Shown here piece by piece: positions 19,526-28,949 of a stretch of 31,556 bases of DNA. This stretch comes from Octopus sinensis. Lineage: Eukaryota. The position numbers were made by a program, and so were the translations under genes. A model generated the notes under the pieces. That model made no database searches, had not been told where the DNA came from, and saw only the letters and a program-made list of their open reading frames with translations. The first letter of the stretch is position 1, and the number at the start of each line of letters is the position of its first letter. The stretch is from assembly GCF_006345805.1 (NCBI RefSeq), contig NW_021832198.1, positions 1 through 31,556 on the forward strand, in the 5' to 3' direction.

Positions 19526-21015
19526 CTATTTCTTTATTACCCACAAGGGGCTAAACACAGAGGGAACAAACAAGGACAACATAGGTATTAAGTCATTATC
19601 GACCCCCAGTTCGTAACTGGTACTTAATTTATCGACCCCGAAAGGATGAAAGGCAAAGTGGACCTGGCGGAATTTGAACTCAACGTAACGCAGACGAAAT
19701 ACCTATTTCTTTATTACCCACAAGGGGCTAAACATAGAGGGGACAAACAGGACAGACATAGGTATTAAGTCGATTATATCGACCCCCAGTTCGTAACTGG
19801 TACTTAATTTATCGACCCCGAAAGGATGAAAGGCAAAGTGGACCTCGGCGGAATTTGAACTCAACGTAACGCAGACGAAATACCTATTTCTTTATTACCC
19901 ACTAGGGGCTAAACATAGAGGGGACAAACAAGGACAGACATAGGTATTAAATCGATTACATCGACCCCAGTGCGTAACTGGTACTTAATTTATCGACCCC
20001 GAAAGGATGAAAGGCAAAGTGGACCTCAGCGGAATTTGAACTCAACGTAACGCAGACGAAATACCTATTTCTTTATTACCCACAAGGGGCTAAACATAGA
20101 GGGGACAAACAAGGACAGACATAGGTATTAAGTCGATTACCTCGACCCCAGTGCGTAACTGGTACTTAATTTATCGACCCCGAAAGGATGAAAGGCAAAG
20201 TGGACCTCGGCGGAATTTGAACTCAACGTAACGCAGACGAAATACCTATTTCTTTATTACCCACAAGGGGCTAAACACAGAGGGAACAAACAAGGACAGA
20301 CATAGGTATTAAGTCGATTACATCGACCCCAGTGCGTAACTGGTACTTATTTATCGACCCCGAAAGGATGAAAGGCAAGTGGACCCGGGCGGAATTTGAA
20401 CTCAACGTAACGCAGACGAAATACCTATTTCTTTATTACCCACAGGGGCTAAACACAGAGGGAACAAACAAGGACAGACATAGTTATTAAGTCGATTACA
20501 TCGACCCCAGTGCGTAACTGGTACTTAATTTATCGACCCCGAAAGGATGAAAGGCAAAGTGGACCCGGGCGGAATTTGAACTCAACGTAACGCAGACGAA
20601 ATACCTATTTCTTTATTACCCACAAGGGGCTAAACACAGAGGGAACAAACAAGGACAGACATAGGTATTAAGTCGATTACATCGACCCCAGTGCGTAACT
20701 GGTACTTAATTTATCGACCCTGAAAGGATGAAAGGCAAAGTGGACCTCGGCGGAATTTGAACTCAACGTAACGCAGACGAAATACCTATTTCTTTATTAC
20801 CCACAAGGGGCTAAACATAGAGGGAACAAACAAGGACAGACATAGGTATTAAGTCGATTATATCGACCCCCAGTTCGTAACTGGTACTTAATTTATCGAC
20901 CCCGAAAGGATGAAAGGCAAAGTGGACCTGGGCGGAATTTGAACTCAACGTAACGCAGACGAAATACCGCTAAGCATTTCGCCCGGCGTGCTAACGTTTC
21001 TGCCAGCTTGCCGCC
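19526..21015 (-). mobile_element. Tandem S1 SINE array: one head (20966-21015) + 8 head-less bodies of about 175-181 bp, single 14-bp TSD
   Basis: Units start at about 19526, 19701, 19882, 20063, 20244, 20423, 20603 and 20784. AAAACTGTAATTAT at 19512-19525 and 21018-21031. Confidence 0.95.
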
Positions 21016-21035
21016 TTAAAACTGTAATTATCACC

Positions 21036-21402
21036 GACCCTTTAGCATTTAAACTGGTCATGTCTGGCCTAAATATCCTATCTATCCTATATTTTAAACT
21101 GGCCAGATCAGGCCTCTCATGCCTCCCCTACAATGTCATTCTAGAAATAAGCAATCACATCAATGATATCTCAAAGCTATAAGATAATGCATGGTTAATA
21201 CAAGGTAATTGTTTTATTCTTTTACTTGTTTTAGTCATTTGACTGCAGCCATGCTGGAGCACCGCCTTTAGTTGAACAAATCGAACCCAGGACTTATTCT
21301 TTTGTAAGCCTTGTACTTATTCTTTTGGTCTCTTTTGCTGAACTGCTAAGTTATGGGGGATGTAAACACACTGATATCGGTTGTCAAGCAATGGTGGGGG
21401 GA

Positions 21403-21440
<38 letters not shown>

Positions 21441-21660
21441 ACAGGCTTCTTTCAGTTTCTGTCTACCAAATTTACTCAAAAAGCTTTTGTTGGCAAAAGG
21501 CTGTAGTAGAAGATGTTTGCCCAAGGTGCCATGCAGTGGGAGTGAACCCGGAACCATGTGGTTAAGAAGCAAGCTTCTTACCACCCAGCCACTCCTGCAC
21601 CTATATGAATAAATAAACATTATATTTGACAGAAATAATCTGAAAAATTAAAGAGTTAAA
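21036..21660. mobile_element. E-family MITE split by an S2 SINE insertion
   Basis: 21036-21205 is the E 5' part (CCCTTTAGCATTTAAACTGG...GATAATGCATG). 21607-21660 is the E 3' part (AATAAACATTATATTTGACAGA...AAAGAGTTAA). Confidence 0.7.
21211..21600 (-). mobile_element. S2 SINE, full length, internal (CA)n
   Basis: Collinear with 16468-16856. Confidence 0.88.
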
Positions 21661-21913
21661 ATAATTAGTAAGTTGATGCATAAGTGGGTAGACAGTTGCT
21701 GATGTTGGGGCCGTAGTGTGATGAGAGTTTGGGTCTCCTGGGAAGTCTTTGACTTTGCTACCTTCTCTAAGTTTAAAACAGAGTCACTCCTCAAAAATAC
21801 TGCCAGGTTGGAATGAGACGACTAGGCACAGCTGTTTGGATGTTGGCAATGTGGCATGGTTCACTGGACATTCGGTTTGGTTTGGTGATAGTACTTTTTG
21901 GTACAGTGGGCAA

Positions 21914-21967
<54 letters not shown>

Positions 21968-22095
21968 GTGAAGGTGAGTGGCGCAGTGGTTAGTCTGTTG
22001 CACTCACAATTGCTAGATCGTAGGTTTGATTCTTGGGCTGGGTGGTGCTTTGGGTTCTTGAGCAAAACAACTTCGTTTCACCTTGTTCTAGTTCA
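21968..22095 (+). mobile_element. S3 SINE head and core, degraded
   Basis: GTGAAGGTGAGTGGCGCAGTGGTTAG...TTCTTGAGCAAAACA...GTTCACTCAGC. Confidence 0.6.
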
Positions 22096-22164
22096 CTCAG
22101 CAGTAAATTGGTAACTCAGCGATGGAATAGCCATCACATCGGGGGTGGAGGGGGCAGTGTTCCT

Positions 22165-22488
22165 ACTGCTGGATGCCTTTCCTAACGCCAACCACTTTAC
22201 AGCATGGACTGGGTGCTTTTCTTGTGCCATTAGCACCATCGAGGTAACCGTACAGCTCACAAGCATAAAATCCCAGAAGAAGGGCTTTATGCTTAGGAGA
22301 TGAGGATCAAATATGACAGAAAGGGGATGACACAGATTAGGTTCTTGTTGTAAGGGAGCAACATGGATGGCTACCTACATTTAGGGGAGAGCGAAAATGA
22401 ATCAGTAGTACCTGTGAAGAGACGAATAGTGGTGACACGGTACCTGGGTGGAACTTCAAGGTGAGTAGAGGTGAACAGGGACAGAGAA
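22165..22488 (-). repeat. About 320-bp repeat, homologous to 25505-25820; begins in an R-type module
   Basis: Shared CCAACCACTTTACAGCATG...GGCTTTATGCTTAG.AGATGAGGATCAAATATGA.AGAAAGGGGATGA...CATTTAGGGGAGAG...GGACAGAGAA. Confidence 0.75.
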
Positions 22489-22659
22489 ATTGGGATTATG
22501 AATGGGTGGGGGTTGGCATGCATGGAGGTGAGGTTGGGTGAGGGATAGGGGAAATGGTTGGCATCATTCAAAAGCTAAAACAATGTGAAGCGCACTGTGA
22601 TCAGTGATGTGTAACAACATCATGCCTTGTTAGGTCGATACCATGATACCGTGATACAC

Positions 22660-23395
22660 ATACAGAGAGTGAGAGTGAGTCTGTGTGTGCGTGAGTGTGT
22701 ATTTGTTCTTGTTCTTTGGTGTGTGTGTGTGAGCTCTTTCTTCTTCTCCTGTGTGTGTGTGTGTGTGTGTGCACGCAAGCACTTTCTAGCTCCTGTGTGC
22801 ATGTGTGTGTATGAGATCTTTTTCCCTCCTTTGTGTTTGTGTATATGTGCATACATTTTTCCCTTTGTGTGTGAGTGGAATCTTTCTCATTCCACTATGT
22901 GTGTATATGTGTGTGATTGTGTGTGTGTGTGAGTGTGTGTGTGGGGGGAGTGAGTATGTGTGTGTGATTGTATGTATGTGTGTGTGATTGTGTGTGTATG
23001 TGTACGTGTGATTGTGTGTGCGTGTGATTGTGTGTGTGGGGGGTGAGTATGTGTGTGTGTGGGGTGTGTGTGTGAGTATGTGTGTGTGATTGTATGTGTG
23101 TGTGTGAGTGTGTGAGTATGTGTGTGTGATTGCGTGTGAGTGTGAGTGTGTGTGTATGTGGGCGTGTGAGTATGTGTACGTGTGATTGTGTGTGCATGTG
23201 CGTGCGTGTGTGCGAGTGTGTGAGTGTGTGTGAGTGTGAGAGTGTGTGTGAGTGTAGTGTGGTGTGAGTGTATGTGTGTGTGCATGTGCGTGCGTGTTTG
23301 TGTGTGTGTATGTGAGTGTGTGAGTGTGTGCATGCATGTGTGTGCGTGAGTGTGTGTGCACACGCATATGCGCACATGCATGTAAGTGTGTATGA
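22660..23395. repeat. Degenerate (GT)n array with recurring GTGATT and GTGAGTAT sub-motifs
   Basis: Seen directly. Confidence 0.9.
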
Positions 23396-24040
23396 CCCTT
23401 CTCTACCATTATTACTCTCACTCCTTTCCTAAACCGAATAGCAATGAACTGAGGCAGAAAATGCCCCCTAAATATACACAGGGGTAAGACGGGGGGCCTT
23501 TATACCCCACCTTTATGTCCACCCACCTTTCATAATCCTCCTTCATTTCATTTTTACTTAATTAGAATAACAACTGAAATACCTATTCTACACACACACA
23601 CACAAATGCATGTATTTCACAGACGCACACGCATGTATCTATACAAGCATATACATACACGTACGCATACACTGAGTAAAAGCAGAAATAGTCAGACCGA
23701 CAGACAGGTAAATGGGTGTTTACTTTTAAGCGTTACCGTATTTCATGTACACCTTGAATCTTGCTAGATTTCGGTAAAATAAATAATCAGGGAAAGAAAT
23801 TATACTTTTATACACACACACATACCTATTTATATAGAACTCTGTGAGTGTGTATGTATGTGTGTGTGTTAATAAATGCAAGTTCACCGATAGACTCATC
23901 ATCCAGTCCATGGTTAACGCAGCCACCAAACATTAAGACTAGCACCAAACTTTTTGTGTGTATATGTACGCACAGCATGGTTTTGCATCTGTACACGTCT
24001 GATCTGATCTCTTCCTCTTACCATCCATACAAAACACTTG

Positions 24041-24237
24041 TATGTGTGTGTGTGTGTGTATACATTTGTGTGTGTGTGTGTGTGTGTGTGTATAGAAGTG
24101 TGTGTGTGTATATATATACATATGAGTGTGCACATGTGTATGTGTGTCTGTACAGACAGATAGATAGATATAAAATAAACCAAAGTGTTTGTGTGGGGGG
24201 GTAACAATGTTCTACAATATTAACAAAAATGTTGAGG

Positions 24238-24269
<32 letters not shown>

Positions 24270-24302
24270 ATATGTATGTATATGTATATGTATAATTGTA
24301 TA

Positions 24303-24357
<55 letters not shown>

Positions 24358-24377
24358 TATATATGTATGCATGTATG

Positions 24378-24421
<44 letters not shown>

Positions 24422-24449
24422 ATATATACATATATATATATATGTATAC

Positions 24450-24548
<99 letters not shown>

Positions 24549-24585
24549 TGTATGTATGTATGTATGTATGTATATGTATGTATAT
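24041..24585. repeat. Compound (TG)n / long imperfect (TA)n / (TATG)n microsatellite
   Basis: Seen directly. Confidence 0.93.
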
Positions 24586-25159
24586 AAAGAACAAATGAAA
24601 GCAGAAGAAGGAATATACGAGAATATATTATTATGTGCGCAGATATATTAAACAAATATAGAATAAACAATAAATAATTGTATAAACAATGAAATAAATA
24701 AGTAAATAGATGAATAAGATGAGGAAGAGGCTGGCGGCAGGCCAGGCGGCAGGGCAGGAGGCAGGGCAGGAGGCAGTGTTTATTTACCTTAGCTCTTATT
24801 GCGACCATCTGTGTCAACTGAGAGTCTGCGAGAGCTTAATGAGGATTCCTCATTCTATTGGGTGAAAACCAATTAGTTAAGCATCATTCCCATTACTTAA
24901 TGAAGGGGCCTTCAGACCCCTTACTAGCAGCTCATTGTCGGTTTAGTATCCCCACCCATTCATTAGTCATAGAATGAAGGGACAGTGCTCCTGTGATACT
25001 CGCAGATCTCTTCCCCCCCCCCCGAGACATCAGCATTTCGCCCCTACCCCCACCCCCAGCTTATGGGTTATGACAAATCCCACCAAGCTCAGAATATGGG
25101 GAAGACGAAATCTTTTGCTTTTGATAAAGTGTAATAATCATCATCACCACCATTGTCCG

Positions 25160-25405
25160 TGCCGGTGGTACGTAAAAGCACCATCCGTTCGTGGCCGTTT
25201 GCCAGCTCTGTCTGGCACCTGTGCGGGTGGCACGTAAAAAGCACCCACTACACTCACGGAGTGGTTGGCGTTAGGAAGGGCATCCAGCCATAGAAACACT
25301 GCCAGATCTGACTGGGCCTGATGAAGCCTTTCGGCTTCACAGACCCCAGTTGAACTGTCCAACCCATGCTAGCATGGAAAACGGACGCTATTCATCAACA
25401 TGATG
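25160..25405 (+). mobile_element. R-family retroposon 3' module, CpG-retaining
   Basis: GGCACGTAAAAAGCACCCACTACACTCACGGAGTGGTTGGCGTTAGGAAGGGCATCCAGCC...CCAACCCATGCTAGCATGGAAAACGGACG + GAT-rich tail. Confidence 0.8.
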
Positions 25406-25504
25406 ATCATGATGATTGGAAGAGTTGGGATGCTTTGATAGGCTTCGATGTGTCCAAAGACTGCATCAAGTTGCAATAACCTACTTTGGCATGGTTTTTC
25501 ATGG

Positions 25505-25820
25505 CCGGGTCGCCTTCCTAATGCCAACCACTTTACAGCATGTGCTGGGAGCTTTTCTTGCACCATTAGCACTATTGAGGTCGCCATACAACTCAGAAGC
25601 CTATGAAACCCAAGAGGAAGGCTTTATGCTTAGCAGATGAGGATCAAATATGAGAGAAAGGGGATGATACAGAGAAGCTTCTTGTTGTAGGGGAGCTACA
25701 TGGCCACCCACATTTAGGGGAGAGTGAGAATGAACCAGTAGTTGCTATGAAGAGACAAATAGTGGTGAACAGGTGTCTGGGTGATACCTCAAGATGAGTA
25801 GAAGGGAACAAGGACAGAGA
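25505..25820 (-). repeat. Second copy of the 320-bp repeat at 22165-22488
   Basis: Collinear, visibly diverged by many substitutions. Confidence 0.75.
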
Positions 25821-26367
25821 AGCTAGGGGATCTTTTCCTTTTGATGGACGGAATTTTCTAGTTAACTAAACAATTTGAAACTTCGTATACTGGTAGAATG
25901 TGTCAAGAGAAAACATTATTGTAAACAAAATTGAAAACAAAATTGTAATTTGTAAGTTTAACGTAGTTTAATTCTTTGAATTTTAACCAATGAAATCCCA
26001 GCATTTGAGCTCAAATCATTTGCTGCATCTAAAAACTCACACACACACACGTCTTATTCATCCTTCTCTCTTCTGTCTTCTGCATGTGCTAGAAATAACA
26101 GCTATATCTCTTAAATCGATGAATTTCGTCACCCAATAAAAATATTAATGATATTTTTTGAATATTTTCTTTAATTTTTTTTACCGAAAAGGCTTCTCCC
26201 ATGGTTTTGAAGGGCCAGAAACAACAAAAACAAAACAATAATATGCCTAAAGCGGTCTAGAGTTTGCGCGTGGAATGTGAGTCGTATTGTAAAAATTTGC
26301 GAAATATTTTTTCATAAAAGGATGCCCCAGCTTGTCAGAAGCTGTGAAATAAATTGGGAAAAAAATC

Positions 26368-26425
26368 CTCGACACCAGTGCGTAATTGGTACTTAATTTA
26401 TCAACCCCGAAACGATGAAACATTG
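26368..26425 (-). mobile_element. S1 SINE central fragment
   Basis: TCGACACCAGTGCGTAATTGGTACTTAATTTATCAACCCCGAAACGATGAAA. Confidence 0.7.
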
Positions 26426-26828
26426 ACCCCCCCCCCCCCCGCTTCTGGTTTATTTACCTTTTGTGTAAATTTGTTGCGGCAAGGGGCAAAACACAGAGGG
26501 GACAAAGCTGGGAGTATGAGCGAGTAAGGTTTTGCATGTATGGGGGTGGGGTGGGGTAAGAGATAGGGAAAATGGGCAGAGGGTGAGGGCAGGTGTTCAT
26601 GAATACGTTGTTATGTCATATGTTAGGTTTGCAATCATAGGGTTTTGGGCATCATTCCAGTAGCTGGCAATGCATTGTGTTCTTAAGCAAGGCTCTTCAT
26701 TTCTTGCTGCTCCAGTCAATGCAGTTGCAAGTGAGTACCAGCTTAATGCTAGTGCATCCTTCCTTCCTTCCACCTGTCACATCATCGATATGCATCTGAG
26801 TTAACAACGAGAAGCTTTCTTACAACTA

Positions 26829-27093
26829 AAATAAATAAAAATAAATGCACCCTTTTAAAGCCTAGCCAGGCTCATGGGCCTGGTTTCCCAGTTTCTATGG
26901 CGTATGTGTTCCCCAGCTGGATGGAACACCAGTCCATCGCAGCGTTACTCATTTTTGCCAGCTGATTGGACTGGAGCAACGTGAAATGAAGTGTTTTGCT
27001 AAAGAACACAACGCGTCACCCGGTCCAGGAATCGAAACCACAATCTTAAGATCATGAGCCTAATACCCTAACCACTAAGCCACGTGCCTCCAC
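26829..27093 (-). mobile_element. S3 SINE with tail type 3 ((TTTA)n-like end), 12-bp TSD
   Basis: A-box-like TGGCTTAGTGG, B-box-like GGTTTCGATTCC. TTCTTACAACTA at 26817-26828 and 27094-27105. Confidence 0.88.
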
Positions 27094-27310
27094 TTCTTAC
27101 AACTATATAGGCATCAAAATCAATTAGTGAATGTACAGTACATATTGAGTCCTGCTCCCTTCCAAGTGACAATCAAGGACTGTTTGTTTTTTTTCTTTGT
27201 ACAATTAGCTACAAAATGTATAAGGGCCACAACACAACATTTCCAGCAAATAAACACTGAAGAATTAGTTTCATTTGACATTTCTTTGTTTTTTGTTATT
27301 GCTTTATATT

Positions 27311-27636
27311 TATAGGAGCACTCTGTCAGTTACAACGAGGGTCCCAGCTGATACGATCAACGGAACAGCTTGCTCGTGGAATTAACGTGCAAGTGACTAA
27401 GCAATCCACAGACACGAGTACCCTTAACGTAGTTCTCAGGGAGATTCAGCGTGACACAGAGTGTGACAAGGCCGGCCCTTTGAAATACAGGTACAACTCA
27501 TTTTTGCCAGCTGAGTGGACTGGAGCAACGTGAAATAAAGTGTCTTGCTCAAGGACACAACGCGTCGCCGGGAATCGAACTCACGACCTTACAATCGTCA
27601 GCCAAATGCCCTAACCACTAAGCCATGCGCCTTCAC
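27311..27636 (-). mobile_element. S3 SINE with tail type 1, full length, 12-bp TSD
   Basis: Minus strand starts GTGAAGGCGCATGGCTTAGTGGTTAGGGC, B-box GAGTTCGATTCCC. TTGCTTTATATT at 27299-27310 and 27637-27648. Confidence 0.92.
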
Positions 27637-27769
27637 TTGCTTTATATTGATACACTTTTCAGGTCCATACTTTCACTTGTCTGATTCCACATTGTATTTT
27701 TTGTCTATTTGTTTTCTTTTTGTCTGGTATATACCCTTGTTATTTGTGCAAGTTTTACCCCTGTGTGTG

Positions 27770-27900
27770 TGACAGTGCATGGCCTGGTGGTTAGGATGTT
27801 GCACTCACAATTGTAAGATCATGGGTTCAATTCCAGGAGTGGGTGGTGAATTGTGTTCTTGACCAAAACACTTCCTCTCATGCTGCTCTGTGACCACACT
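27770..27900 (+). mobile_element. S3 SINE head, degraded, divergent to the previous copy
   Basis: GCATGGCCTGGTGGTTAGGATG...GGGTTCAATTCC...TGTGTTCTTGACCAAAACACTT. Confidence 0.6.
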
Positions 27901-28054
27901 GACACCTACTCAGTCAACGTTGATCTGATGGAGAGAGCGAGCTAATGTCCAACACATACATTTGATCTTTATAAACAAATCATTTTGTGCAGATTGTCCA
28001 GCAAGAAAATGCAGGACTGTCTTTCTTGGACAAGACACTACCATCCATGTGTGT

Positions 28055-28492
28055 GTGTGTGTGTTGCCGTTTCATTGTTAAACGTCCGTTTTCCATGCTG
28101 GCATGGGTTGGATGTTGTGACTGAGGGTTGGCGAGCCAGAAGGCTGCACCAGGCTCCAATCTGATCTGGCAAAGTTTCTACCACTGGATGCCCTTCCTAA
28201 CACCACTCTGAGAGAGTAGTGAGTGCTTTTACGTGCCACGGGCACGAGGGCCAGTCAGGCGGTACTGGCATTGACCACGCTTAAATGGCTCTGTTTATGT
28301 GCCACCTCACAGGAGCCAGTCTGCGGTCCTGGCAACTATCACACTCGAATGGTGCTTTTAACCTTCCACTGGCATGGGTTCCAATCAGGCGGTACTGTCA
28401 TTGGCCGCGACAATGATTTCACTTACCTCAGCAGGTCTTCGCAAGTGTAATTTATTGTCCAATGATTGAAGGGTACTCTTAAATGGGTTGGT
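28055..28492 (-). mobile_element. Longest R-family copy, with about 3 internal subrepeats of about 65 bp
   Basis: R 3' end at 28055-28225. GTGCTTTTACGTGCCAC...CCAGTCAGGCGGTACTGGC-like unit recurs at about 28223, 28280 and 28352. Confidence 0.75.
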
Positions 28493-28528
<36 letters not shown>

Positions 28529-28534
28529 ATATAT

Positions 28535-28735
28535 ACTCTTTTACTTGTTTCAGTCATTTGACTGCGGCCATGCTGGAGCACCGCCTTTAATCGAGCAAAT
28601 CGACCCGGGACTTATTCTTTTGTAAGCCCAGTACTTATTCTATCGGTCTCTTTTGCCGAACCACTAAGTAATGGGGACATAAACACACCAGCATCGGTTG
28701 TCAAGCAATGCTAGGGGACAAACACAGACACACAA

Positions 28736-28786
<51 letters not shown>

Positions 28787-28790
28787 GGGA
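28535..28790 (-). mobile_element. S2 SINE 3' half plus its internal microsatellite
   Basis: ACTCTTTTACTTGTTTCAGTCATTTGACTGCGGCCATGCTGGAGCACCGCC...GGGGACAAACACAGACAC. Confidence 0.85.
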
Positions 28791-28949
28791 TTGTAACAGC
28801 TACAAAATCTAGAGTTATAAACCTTATTTGATCAAGGCTGATCTAGGACTTACCAACAACAAAAACCTCAGCAGCAGTAAGCTATCTGTTACACATCAGA
28901 ATCAAATCCAGGTGTATAAAAATCTCTCATCTTAATTGCTATGAAACAA

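Noticed and set aside
19526-21015. S1 array as a retrozyme (hammerhead-bearing tandem repeat) or CRISPR array
   Set aside because: I found no CTGANGA core on either strand of the unit. The units are contiguous with no unique spacers, and the context is eukaryotic with no cas genes.
25318-25340. CTGATGA followed by a hairpin (GAAGCC-TTTC-GGCTTC), resembling a hammerhead ribozyme core
   Set aside because: No GAAA follows the stem, and other R copies read CTGGTGCAGCC here, so this is a chance drifted variant.
25830-26365. AT-rich segments that look like DNA-transposon remnants
   Set aside because: No second copy, TIR pair or ORF in the window to support a call.
5443-27636. tRNA genes
   Set aside because: The A/B-box-bearing heads continue into SINE bodies, several with TSDs, and I could not fold them into a complete cloverleaf. 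Treated as SINEs.
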